A program made the translations under genes and the position numbers. A stretch of DNA of 64,000 nucleotides, taken from NCBI RefSeq assembly GCF_016433145.1, contig NC_058134.1, forward strand, positions 124,559,305 to 124,623,304, in the 5' to 3' direction. Positions within the stretch are counted from its first letter, which is position 1. Each line of letters opens with the position of its first letter. The notes beneath the pieces were generated by a model. That model saw only the letters and a program-made list of their open reading frames with translations, did not search any database and had not been told where the DNA came from. Below are positions 24,546-37,501 of the stretch, one piece after another. This DNA is from Gracilinanus agilis (lineage: Eukaryota).

Positions 24546-27500
24546 CCATGGGTACTTCCCTCATGCCTCTACCTCCAGATCTGGTTATATAGCCTATACC
24601 AACTCACAATATTCTTTTAAAGTATTTTTATGATGGAATTTTAATATCAATACTTTTAATTCTCAAGAGTAAAAATGTTATATGAATTTGAGACTTTATT
24701 ATTTTTCTAACATAAATCTCTTCACTACATGTTAAGCTTTTGGGTTTTCTTGTCATTTGCTATACACCACCAACATTCATCATCCTCTACATGACATATT
24801 CACAGAGCTAAAAGGCTTACAGCCTACACTAGGGACTACCACTAGGCAGGCTTCTAGGAGAACTGGCTGGTAGTGGTATCCAAGCCTTTTTGACCATATA
24901 CCCCATGAGTAAAAAACAAACAAAAAATAACTGAACAGCCCTTCATAGATTTTTAAATCTAGGCTCAAAGTCTGATGAGACGGATTTAAAAGGCTCTGAG
25001 AAAGTTAACAGTTCTGCCTATAAAAGTATAATTATGAAACCTATGAATGACTTGCGATGATGCCCCACAGGGAGAGAAAGAAAATTAGCAAAGGTCTGGG
25101 GGTTGGGATATCAGCCCTTTTATAGGAAAGCTCACTCTGCCTTGTAAATTTCTCATGAGCATCCCTCATGCCTTGAACAAAGGAACATAAAGAAATGTAA
25201 AGGATGGGTTTTATGAGAAACCACAAGTATTTATGAGGATGCTGATTAGATTCATGAGATGCAATCTTTAATAGAACAAAAGGCTATGCCTAGAAATAAG
25301 TGTCGGTTGCATCCATCTTTAAGTAAATACAGGAAGGGGATAAGGATTGCCAGTTCCTGCAGATGGGTTTTTTTCCTCAGTGATCCAGCCTCCTGATCAA
25401 AGGTAAAAATAAAAACAAAACTTCACTCTTATACCTTCCCCATTTTTCTGGTGACACAGAAAGGTAATGTTTTAGGGTGGTGGCTAAGGTCAGGATGCTA
25501 CTTTCTCTGAAGGAGAAGCCCCACCCCCTCCCTTTTGTCCACCACTCCAGTCTTTCTAGAAATGCTAAAAAGTCCTATTACTCAGAGAAAAATCCACTTT
25601 TCAGTCTCAATATAATGTTATTTTTTTCAATACTCAGAAGAAAGAAAGCTTCCAGGGTCATTAAAAATGCCATCTCTCTCATAAGGGAGCCAGTCTGAGA
25701 GAACTGTTGCATAAGAATATTTATAACCTGAACATCTATTTTCTTCTGTACCAGAAAAGGCAGAAAAACCTGAATGGAGTCAGGAAAACCTGACTTCATG
25801 TCCTAACTCTGACATATAGTTGTGTGACCCTAGGCAAGTTATATAACTTCAGTATCCCAGGCAATTCTTTCAGACCCTAAGTTGTAAAGAAGGTACCATT
25901 TTATATTAGTAGAAGGAGTTCATGAAATCATAGGTCTGGTTTAAAAAAAAAAAAAAGAAGCTACAACCATGATACTTTACTGTGGGAATATATTATGTTA
26001 ATCATATAACATACAAATAATAGATATTTTCTAATGATGAAAAAGATGAAAAATGTTTTAGAAAGATTTAATCATACGAAGCAATTTTTACTGTCACTAA
26101 ATGTGGTTGTAATGGATTTTTAAAAGTTAAATTTTATAGGATAAATTGAGTTTGAGAGAATGAGGTGACATCTACTTATAATATATTACTGTTGGTTTCT
26201 GAAATGTTACAAATCTTTATTAAATACACTCAGATAATTCAAGTATTTAAAGTTACTATTTTTCTACATGATATATACTTAATATCACATAAGTTCACGT
26301 TTTGTAGCTGAAGAGAGGATAATCAATGGCTGTGGGATATAAATGAGCATCTTTTTTAAATTTTTAAACTCTTACTTTCTGTCTTAGTAACAACTCTAAG
26401 ATAGGAAAGTTAGGGCTAAGCAAACAGCAGAAAAGTGACTTGCCCCGGGTCATAAAACTAGGAAGTGTCCACCTTACTGTCCTCCTTGTAAATAAGCATC
26501 CTTTATGATTAAGGTTTTAGTTGGGTAGCATTACAAAGTAGTGTGGGTGGGTAAATGGGTTACCCATCCATATTAAAATGCAATATAAAATTGGCAACCA
26601 GCAGATCAAAGGAGACTATAGTTTTATATTCAATATGTTTAGATGTTCTTTTTAAAAAAATATCTTTTTTGAACCCTCTGATAGATCAGTCTGAAAGTCT
26701 TCCTTAAGTTGAGTTTATTTCAATAAAACAGTTGTTTTAGTGGGTGATTAGCTAAAAAAAGACACATGAAGAAACATTGCTCCAAATGAAAGAACTGCAG
26801 CAGTAGCAGTAGATCTGCTTACATCACTATACACATTGTTCATTCCATCCAATTATGCAAAGGTTTTTCATTGAAACTCAGCTAGTAAATTTCCATTTTC
26901 CTTGATACCAATTATTGTTCTTACAAACTAATCACAAGATCATGCATCCTTATTTTTAAAAATTAGTTCAAAACCCAATTAAACTTTTTCATTGGAAAGA
27001 TATTTAAACAGGTCAGGAAGTTATTTTTTCATGGTTTTAAGTCATATGGATACATTAAAAAAAAAAGAGATGATACTTGGATTGTTTTCAGCACAGAAGT
27101 ATAGCTTTTAAGTGGATTGCTATTTATGAAGGCTTCATGTTACTAATTATTATCTCAAGCCATAAAATGCACTTATTTCATTGAGGATGGTTGTAAATAA
27201 AAGTTTTAAATCATCTTTATAATTTTGAATGGGGAGGGAGGCAAATTCTTGTTAGATCTGCTTAAGAGTTTTTTTGGGGTGGGGCATTGCTTTCGTATAA
27301 TATGATTGATGAAGAGCTAGGAGTAGAAGTGTCAGTCCTGCCATTTTGGAGGTTTTTGCTTAGCACATTTTAATCTTTTACCCATGATTTCTTTGCAGCA
27401 ATCTCTTGAAGCCACTTGCCCATTTTTGAGAAGCTTGGTTTAGTTAAAACAAGATAATGTAATCTTTTTTTCATGAAAATCTGCCTTTTCTCCTTTCCAC

Positions 27501-28045
27501 TTCCCCTTATTGATAAAGGAAGAAAAATACAACCCTGTTTCAAACATGTACAGTGAAGCCAAATAAATTCCCATATTGGCCATGTCCAAAAAAATGTATC
27601 TTAATCTGCACTCTGAGTCTATTACCTCTCTGAAAAGAGGTGGGTATAGTAAGTTTCTAGATAAGATAAGCTGATGTCACAGTTCACTCAAAAACAAATG
27701 AATGAGTGAATTGTGCTTCTTCAAACCCCTCTGTTCTATGAAAACCTTCTTCTTTCCTCAGGATATTTTGCATACCATTTGGCAGCCTGTACAACACTGA
27801 CTAAATGAGGGCAGCAGTGCCAGTTTCTGTACTCCATATGAATAAATTCTTAATTCCTTTATTTTACTTAAAATCAATATGAGTTCTATTATTTTCTTCT
27901 CATGCCTCATTGGATTATCTTGTACACCTTCCATCTTGTACATGGAAGACCAGAGTTCTAGGACCCAGCTAGTTAATAGAGATGGGTCGAGATAAGAAAG
28001 ACAGGGAAAGGGAAGAAAGGAATTCCATTTTTCTGCTTCCATATA

Positions 28046-28312
28046 TTTTTTTTTAAAGACTGGATATCCCCATATCACCCATATTGGAAGACTATTTTCA
28101 GGCTGATCCCATTGCTGATTCCAGGATTTGACATTGCCCTGTGTCCCCTACCCCAACCCGGGTTCTCCGGCCTCTCCTGATCCATGCCAAACTTAGTGTA
28201 GATACCAGATTTGCATAGCACATCAAAGTTCAGAACTCCTGAACTCAAAAGATCTGGTAGTCATCACCTCCTGAGTAGTTGGGAATACAATTGGACACCA
28301 GCATGCCAGACC
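28046..28312 (-). pseudogene. 7SL (SRP RNA)-derived retrocopy/SINE with internal deletion and A-tail
   Basis: Minus strand reads ...TTGTATTCCCAACTACTCAGGAGG...TTGAGTTCAGGAGTTCTG...TGCTATGC...CACTAAGTTTGGCAT...GGGATCAGCCTG...AAAAAAAAA, collinear with 7SL. Confidence 0.85.
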
Positions 28313-29673
28313 ATTACATACCTTTTGAGCTCCTTTGAATGCCAGACTCAAAGCATCCCAAAGCCTCCCAGCCAGAGCCTCTCCACCCTGCCCCCTCCCA
28401 CTTCTGCTCCCCTGGAAAGAAGCAGAGGCAGCACACAGAAATGTTGTTGTTGGATGGCCATGGTATATTGTTTCTCAGTGTGAAAGTTTGATTGAGGAGT
28501 AGAAGGATAAGTTGTGACTTGTAGGGGTAAGGATTGTGTTGTGGATAATCTCACAAATCTCATCTTCAGGGTCTTCTTTATGGTGGTATCTTGTCTACCT
28601 GGGGAATGAGTCAAACAAAAACTTTCCCTAAATCGGATCAATCAAGTATTTATTGAGCACTTATAAGGGGGTGTGCTAGGTGCTATGGAGGATACAAAAA
28701 ATACATAAGCTCCCTGCCCTCTCAAGGAAAAATTATAGACTAGTTGGAGAGATGGGCATTTACTAGAAAAAAGAAGCATTAAGTTAAAAGCACTTTGATG
28801 AAGAGACAGGATTTGAGCTTGAATGATACCTTCTTAGTGCCTCAATTTTCTTTTCAGTAGAGAGGGAATTTCTTATTCAGGTACAGTTTGGACTAGGTGA
28901 CCTCTAAGACAAGATACTTCCAGCTCAGAGACACTGTAATTCTCTGAATGATGGATGAGATTCCAGTAAGCAAAGAGGAACAGAAGGACATTCCAGGCTA
29001 ATAAGTAAAGGGGGGAGAGTAGGGGAAAGGCAGCAGCACTCCAAGGGCAGTGAATAGAGGATAGAACATAGAATTTTAGCATGATAAAGGCCCTTGGTTA
29101 TAGTCAGGTCCAGCATTCTCTTAAAGAAGAGGAAGTGGAACTCCAGGAAAGTGAGGTACAGTTTAGGCAAAATGGATTGTTGATATTAAGGCATCAGTAA
29201 CTGAGATTGCTTCAGTGAGAAAACTTCTGCAATTTAAAAGACTCACTCCATCTATGGCTCATGTCATGTCTTCGAAAGCTGTGTGAGATTTAAAGAAGTT
29301 AAGTGACTTCCTCCTAGCCAAAGGGCTAGTAATTCAGTTCAATGAATATTTATGAAGTGCCAACTCTGTGCCAGGTAGACAAAGAGAAAAAAAAAAAAGG
29401 AAAAAAGTACTCTCAAAATGCTTGTAATCAACAAAGGAGAAATAACATGTTCTTAGATGGGTAAAGATAAAAGAAATGCCAAGGAATTCCTAGGGGTGGG
29501 GAGCACTAACAAATGGGGAAATTGGGAAAGACTGATTATAGGAGGTGGAACTTGAGTCTAAGGGAGAATTCCTATGCCAGGAGGCAGAGGTAAAGAAGAG
29601 AGGCATATTCCACAGGCATGGGGTACAGTCTAGACATCTAGCTAGCACTTATAGAGCATCTGTGAGGTTTAGG

Positions 29674-30652
29674 TACATAGATATATTCTCTCTCAAAATC
29701 CTCCTCTCCGTTATTCACTCTCTAATACTGGACTTTCCAAAGGCTTACATTTAAGTGAGGATTTCCATATATATGCACAGAGACACTCCTTCACTGTGAC
29801 ACTAGGAGCTTCTACTTCCTCATGACAACCAAATGAAAACATTCCTGGGAGAGCCATTCCTTTATTCACTCAATTGATTTTGAGTTAGAGGAATCTGTAC
29901 AGTAGATAGCCATGTTTAGAAGTATCTGTCAACTTGTGACCTTGAGCAAATTACTTAATATTGCTAGGTCTCAGTTTTTTCGTCTGTAAAATGAAAGGGT
30001 GAGTGAGCCCAGATGGCCTCAAAGGTGCTTCTCAGCTCTAAAGCTAGGATTTAGGACCCTATGACCCAGAAATACTTCCACAACTCACCTTCTCCCTCCT
30101 CTTTTCTCTCAGGTACTGATATAATCAATCAATCAACAAACATTTATTAAGTGCCTACTATGGATCAGGCATTGTGCTAGATGCTGGGGATACAAAAAAG
30201 AAAAAAAAGAAAAAGAAATATTCCCTTGAAAATCCAGGAATTTATCATTTACTCAGTTTACCCCCAAAAGTAAATAGAACATATATGCAAAGGAGATTGA
30301 GGGAAGGAGTCACTAAAAGCTGATGGGAATCAGAAAAGCCCTCAAAATAGGTGATATTTAAGCTTAGTCTTGAAAGTAGTTCTCAACAGATTTCAGCTGT
30401 GGGGCACAGCCTGTGCAGAAGCATGGGAGCAGAAAGGGGAATATTGTATGTAGGAAACAGAAATTAAGTCATTTTGGCTGGAACGACGAGTACTGAGGGA
30501 CTAATAATACGTAGATATATTCTCTCTCAACCCATCTCTCCATTATTCACTCTCTAATACTGGACTTTTCAAAGGCTTACATTTAAGTGGGGATTTCCAT
30601 ATATACGCACAGAGACACTCTTTTGGTGTGACAGTAGGAGCTTCTACATCCT
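29674..30652 (+). repeat. Dispersed direct repeat of about 145 bp (29674-29820 and 30508-30652)
   Basis: Both copies read TAGATATATTCTCTCTCAA...TTATTCACTCTCTAATACTGGACTTT..AAAGGCTTACATTTAAGTG.GGATTTCCATATATA.GCACAGAGACACTC...TAGGAGCTTCTAC. Confidence 0.92.
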
Positions 30653-31590
30653 TGAAAGACAGACCTGGAACCAGATTGTGAAGTGCTTGGAATGTCAAAA
30701 AAAGGAGTCTGGATTTTGTTGTACTGAGCAGGGTAATGACATTGTCAGATCTCTGCTTTAGAAGTATCAATTTTGCTACTGAATGAGGACAAACCAGAGA
30801 GAGGAGACCAATTTAGAGGTGATTTCAATAGTCCCAGAAAGAGCTGAGGAGGGCCTGAATTAGAGTGATTATAGTATGAATGGGGAGAAGATGACAGATG
30901 GAAGAGATGGAGGCAGAATCGACAAGCCTTGGCATCAATAGGATGTGGGGTGAGTGGGTAAAAGTGAACCGTGCATGTGACTAGAAGAATGGTGGATGCC
31001 TTTGACAGAAAAGAGGATGTTTGAGAGAGGCAGTGTAGAGCAAAGATTTTTTGGACACGTTGGGTCTGAGATGCCTTGGGATAGCAATTAGTGAGGCTGC
31101 ATTAGAGTTCAAGGAAGAGACAAGAAAGGGTTGGACATGTATGTAGACTTGAAAGTCATTGGCTTAGAGATGATTGTTGAAGCCCTGGGAGTTGCTGAAA
31201 TAAAAATAAAAGAGATTCTGTAGAGGAAAGAGAAGAGGATCCAGGTCTGAGCCCTGAAATGACTCCTATGGGTACAGATGGAGGCTGAGAAGTATGACAC
31301 AGATGAACTGTGACAGAAAAATGTCACAAAACCCGAGGAAGGAAAGAGTATCTGGAAAGGAGAAAGAAGAAATGCTCCAGAGAGGTCAAGAATGATGGGA
31401 GACCCAAAAAAGGTTACTGGATTTAGCAATGAATAAAATACTGGTGGTCTTAGCAGAAACTGTTTCAGCTGAGTAAAGGTGCCAGGGGTTGAGAAGTGAG
31501 TGGAGGCAACGAGTGTGAACAATTTTTCTAGGAATTTATCTGTGAGAGGGAAGAAAGACACAAGATAAAAGCTGAAAGGGATGGTTAGGT
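30124..31590 (-). mobile_element. L2 LINE 3' portion
   Basis: Reverse complement of the L2 3' end (ATCAATCAACAAACATTTATTAAGTGCCTAC) followed by a purine-rich L2 body. Other L2 fragments near 28620-28800, 29330-29640, 42620-43200, 49790-50100 and 59470-59970(+). Confidence 0.75.
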
Positions 31591-31600
31591 TTTCTCATAC

Positions 31601-34600
31601 CTAAAACTCCCAGAGACACTCGTTGGTGATAATCTTGCTGTCGGCCAATAAGACACCACTGCTGTCAGCCCTTATGTAGTAGCCATTGGGGGCCAACACA
31701 GCAAGCAGGTTGCTGCCTCGTAGTTCTAGACAGAAGTTGAGAGCAAACTTTCCCCAGGGACGGAAGGTGCCATAGGCTGTCAGGGACCAGAAGGTGCCAC
31801 TCTGTGCTGGGGGAAGTAGGAGAATTGAGGTCACTAAGTGATATGAAAATGAAGTATGTGCCCCAGGTTCCCAGACACCTGAGTTGTGACCTACGTAGAG
31901 GGGACACACAACCACACCACCACCATCAACCATACTTCCTCCTCCTCAAATCTTCTGCTCTAGGTCAGGTCAACTTATTATTATTATTAGTTTAGCTAAC
32001 ATAATATAATAATGTTGGCTACCTAGCATTTACCTGGCACTTTTAAAGTATAGGAAGTACTTTACATAGATTATTTCATTTGATCCTCCCAACCCTGGGA
32101 AGTAGTGCTGTAATTATCTTCATTTTACAGACAAGGAAACAGAGGCACAGAGAAGTCAACTGACTTGCCCAGGGCCACCTAGTTAGTGAGTGTCTGAGGC
32201 AGGAATCAAACTCAGGCCTTTCTGACTCTAGGTCCAAGGGTCTATCATCAACTATACTACATGGCTGCCTCAGAGAGTCATAAGGAAGGATGCCACAGAT
32301 CTCTGTGCCATCTCTTCGAAATTTGGGGTCTGCTGCTGAAAGCAATAGGGCGATGTCTCCCTCCTTAAACTGACTTTTTTAAAAAAATCCCCATCCACAC
32401 AGAAACCTTTTTTTGTGTATCTATCCAAACCACCCCCATGCCTACCTCCCACCACCCCCTTTTCTCCCCACTCATCCCCTTTCTCAGGATTTTACGGTTT
32501 ACTTTAAACTGTGGCTAGATGCTTGAAGTGGCAGGAATGAGGGTGTCAGAGAAAAGTGGGAATGAAGGGGCTCACTTCAACTCAGTCTTGGGAGATTCTT
32601 CAGGAAAGTGTATAGTGGGAGACGTGAGGCAAAGCTGAGCTTCCTTCTTCACACTCAGCATTTACTGCTCTAGCATCCAGTAAATGTTGAAGCATATGAA
32701 TTGTTTCAGGAAGAAGCCTTGTGTCTTTTCTTCAGAAAATCATAAAGCCTTGGGGAGTAGTAAAGAAGGAAGGGCATTCGACTGGAGTCATGAGATCTGG
32801 ATTCGAGTCACTAATTTGCCACGAATTTTCTGAGTAACCTCATTTGAACCACCTCACCTTTCCAGGTCTTCACAGGGGCTTCTTTTGTCAGAGTGTTGAG
32901 CTAGACCAGATAGTTCTGAAGATCTTCCCTAGCTCCAAACTCTCTAGCTTACTATATGCTCACTTTACAATTATTCTCTCATTTGATCTTCACAACAACT
33001 TTGGAAGCTTGGAGCTATTTTTATCCCTTTTTAACATCTGAGGCAAGTAGAGGTTAAAGTGACTTGCCCAAGATCACACTAAGGTAGTAAAAATTAACAG
33101 TTAAGTTAAAATTAAGAGTTTTAAGGGACTCAGAAGCCATCCAGTCCAGACTCCTGTTAGATCAATTTCCCAAGAGATGTCCTGGATCCAGACACAGAGG
33201 GCTGAGTTCGGAAGGAGCCAGTGGGCACTGAGTAATGAGCCCCAGGATCTATTTTGGCACATTTGAAGGGAAGAATTGGGATGAAGAGGGTAGCACTCAC
33301 CTTGGAAATGGTAAATACTTTGTCGGCAGGGAAGTAGCTGGATGCAGTCTGGCTGGTCCATGTTGCACTGCATTTGGTCATGGTTTGAAGATGTGCCCAC
33401 GTAGCCATATCGACCTCTCAAGGCTAGGAAAGGTCGATTGACTAAACGTACCCTAAATTCTTCACAGGGACCTGAAAGAAAGGGGAGTCAAGATCACTGG
33501 AGATGATAGCTCTGGGCTCTCTTTCAGATGTGACCTACTAAGAGCAAACTAGGGATGGAAGGACATCATACAAGGATCTTTAGCCTCTTCCTTCCCCTAT
33601 GCTTACCTGGTTGCAAGGATGTAGTTATCAAGCACCCATTGGATGTAACACCCACATAGCGTCCACTGGCAGCCTGTAGAGTGATCCGGTCACAGTTCCA
33701 TTGCACACAGAAAATAGCCGCTGCCTCTAGTTTTTTCCCATCTCCTATTATAGTCCTATGTGGCCTCTGCAGAGAGGGAGAAAGTCTTAGATTTGGGTCA
33801 GAGTTCAGATACTCTTTCAAACCTGTTTTCTGTTTCTTTGGCAAAACTCTTAGCCTCTCACATTTAGTTAGTCCGGGGGTTCTTAACCTTTTTTGTGTCA
33901 GGGACCTCTTTGACTATCTGCCTAAGGCTATAGCCCCCCTTCCTTGGAATGCACTTAAGTGTATAAAATAAAATACACTGCAAAGGAAATTTATTGAAAT
34001 ATAATTATTACAAAAAATGTTTTCCCATCCAAGTTAATGGGCCATTTGATATCTATCCCTAACTGGTCTAGAGAGATGCTAGAGCTTCTTTCTCCTTTTC
34101 TTTCAAATTCTTTTTGGAAAATGACCCACTTTCAACACAGAATGCACTGTGATACCAAGAGAGTGGGTCAGAGGAGAGAAAGAGAGGCAGTGTTGTGCAA
34201 TGGAAAGAACAATCAACTAGGAGTAAGGAAAGTCATGGTTTCAAAACCTGCCTTGAACAATTATTGGTTGTGTGACCCTGGGCGAGTTAACTTCTTTGGG
34301 TCTCATCCTCCTCATCTTTAAAATGAGGGAGTTGGATGGCCTCTAAGGACAGCTCTAACTCTAGGATTCTATGGAACCTATAAATAATAATAACAATAAC
34401 TAACATTTATTTAGGGCTTACTATATATCAGGCTCTTTACAGTTATTTTCTTCTTTGATCCTCACAACCATTCTGGGAGGTAAGTGCTATTATTATCCAT
34501 AGTTTACAGATGGGGAAGCTGAGACAGAGGTTAAGTAATTTGCCCAAGGTCATGCAGTTACTGTAGTAAGCATCTGAGGGTAGATTTGAACTCAAGTCTT

Positions 34601-37445
34601 TCCTCACTCCCATGTGCTATCCACTGTGCCACCTAGCTTCTGGTGACTATATTTCCTCAGCTATAAAATAAGAATATAATTTTTAACATATACTTCACAG
34701 GACTATTGCTTGGTCCAAATGAGATAATGTATGCTAAATGCTAAGTTGGCTATTGTTATCATTATTATTAAAAATAAGAAAAAGAAAGAAATCCTTGAAA
34801 ATTATGCTAGTCTCTGTATGAAATTTCTGCTGAGGTTCTAAAGTCCTAGGGGCTTACAGGGTGGTCAAAAGCTGGATTCCTTAGCCCAGCCTTCCCACGG
34901 TCTAGGCTACTCTTCCCAAGGCCTGCATTCAGGATCAGGTTGGGGCAAATCAGAATAAATTAGGGATTAAGGACCCCAGCATTTTAGGAATACATGCAGG
35001 GCAGCTTACAACATCTAGACATTTCCTCTGGGAGAGATGTTTGTTTACACGTGATCTGGGGACCTGGGGTCCAGGGTAAAAGCAAATTGGGTAGAAAGAA
35101 GGGAGTACCTGGGTTTTTTATTCCTCCAGATTGTCCCTGGCCAGCCTTTAGGTCCATATTCTTACCTGTGCTAAATATTGACCAGTAACTGAACGTAGCT
35201 GAATGGCATTAGAGTTTGGATCACTCTCATACTGAAAGAAGCACAGAGGAACCATCTGCTCAGATCTAGCACAGACTTCCATTTCTGCAGAAAGAGAGAT
35301 TTTGATAGCAGGCAGCCCAGGGGCTCCTCCCTTCTTTCCCTCCTCCACTCCTAGCTAAGAGCCACACCTTATTTCCCCTTTTCTAATTCTTCTGTGTGAA
35401 ATGGTCTAAACTAGACACTGTAGACAGTTTTCCAGAAGAATAGGACACGGCCCCTATCATGAAGAGACGCATTTCTTTATTTTCAACCCCTCTCTACCTG
35501 CCTCCCAGGCCATATTTCTATTTTTTAATGTTAGGACTCTTCATTTTGTAGGGCTCAGCATCCTTTTCATTCATTCCCACATTTCCTGCTCTCCTTATTT
35601 CCTTCCTCCACCCTCTTCCCCCAGCAGCCCTAGCACTTGCCAGAAACGATGGTGACGAATTTCCGATTCTTAGCTTTCAGGGTGATCCAGGTTGGGCAGT
35701 GTTGCAATATAAACCACTCTTCTCCACCCATGGGGCTGGAGCCCAGAGACAGGAGGGACTGGGAGCCCTGCGGGTACAGGAGGCACCCTTGCCCATCGCC
35801 CAAGGCTATCTGTCCACCAGGCCGGAAATGCAGGTGAAAGCCTGTTTGCATTGAGGGTCTGCTGACCAGCCTGTCATTTTGGGACAGAAAGTGGTGGGAA
35901 GAAGACTCCAGGTGGTAGAGCCCTTCGTGGAAGTGAAGCAGGAAGCCACACTCCTCCAGGTAAGGCACAGGAGCATCCACCCAGATACAGCCCTGCTGAG
36001 GGTTGGCTCGGACGTAGCAGCAGGCGATGGGGCTGTAGAGTACCACGTGGACGTGGATGGCTGGCCGTGGGGTCCACATGTGGTAGGCGGAGAGCACCCT
36101 GGAGTTGCAGAATACGGCCTCGCCATCCGACTCCAGGTAGTGGCCCGTGATCATGCACTGCAGGGTCCACTTGCCATGGCGGTAGAAACGAAGTAGGAAG
36201 TAGCCATGCTCTGTGTTCCGGGGACACCCGCAATAGACTGAGCCGTCTCCCTCGGGCAGCAAGATGTGGCCTTGGACGCTCTGTAGGCGCACCAGGGCCT
36301 GACATTTCTCATCATATTCATTGCACACTAATAATTCCCAAGTCTGCAGAGAGGTCCAGTGAGGGAGGAGGGAGATGTTAGTACTCACCCGATTCCTGGC
36401 CTTACGTCGCTGACTCCCAGCACCCTCCCTTGTGGGCCATCGACACTACTGACACACCATTGTTAAGGCTGTTGCTGCCAGCCCCTAGCTGTGCTGATGC
36501 CCTTATTACCACCCACCCCATCTCCCTCCTACGGCCTTCATGCCACTGCTATCAGCAGGAGCAATAAGATGACCTACATGCTTACCACTGGGCCACACCA
36601 ATGCACACACTGGTTTCTCTTGTGATTTAAAAAAAAAAAGGTTAAAAGTGTCCCATTCAAAGGATCATAGTTTTAGAGATGGGAAAGACCTTAGAGTCAG
36701 TCATTGACACCAAATGCCTCATTTTATAGATAAGGAAACTGAGGTAGAGAGTGGTGAAGTGGCTGGGCCAGTCACATAGCTTTTAAATATCAGAGGTGGG
36801 ATTCACACTCTGGCCTTTTTTTAAAAAAAAATCCTTACTATGTATTGGTTCCAAGGCAGAAGAGCAATAAGGGCTAGGCAATGGAGGTTGTCGCACAGCT
36901 GGGAAGTGTCTGAGGTCAGATTTGAACTAGGACCTCCCTTCTCTAGGCCTGGCTCTCAATCCACTGAACCACCCAGCTGCCAAATTCAGGCCTTCTTGAC
37001 CATGCTTTTATCAATTGTACCATGCTGCTTCTCAATACTTAGCCCAATGTGAACTTTCCATTATCTGTTCTCGATCTCCTCCAAAGATTCCTGCCAGGAA
37101 AAGTTTCTGAGATTTGAATTAAGTCTTATCTTTTTCTCTTTGATTCAATAGTTAGGAATCATCATCCTGTTTGTATCTGTTCTTAGTAAAGTCATCTCAC
37201 AGAATTCTGTCTCGACTTCATGTGTCAGAGATAAACAAGAGTCCAAGGAATAAAAATCTGGTGGTGTAAGCTATCATCACCTTGATATTTGTGGGGCTTA
37301 TACTTAAGAAGACCTGAGTCTGAATCCTGCTTCTAACACTTACTGGCGGTGATATGACTCTGGCCAAGTTTAAGCCCTCAGGCTTCATCTTTTCTGGAAA
37401 CAATGTGTATTGACCACAGATTTAGAGCCAGAAAGACTTAAAAAA

Positions 37446-37501
<56 letters not shown>

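Noticed and set aside
25290-25745. Possible minus-strand three-exon chain (25745-25582, 25506-25435, 25356-) with 75- and 78-nt introns and an open frame
   Set aside because: The first donor (GA|GTAATA) is weak, the acceptor abuts a SINE, the peptide resembles nothing I know, and it conflicts with the + strand LRR reading. Probably pseudo-exons.
26700-27480. Minus-strand fragments resembling a hAT transposase (VYSDVSR..YCYCCSSF) or a retrocopy 3'UTR with back-to-back TTTATT/AATAAA (26714-26727)
   Set aside because: Flanking transposase motifs, TIRs and a convincing poly-A/TSD are missing; not distinguishable from chance.
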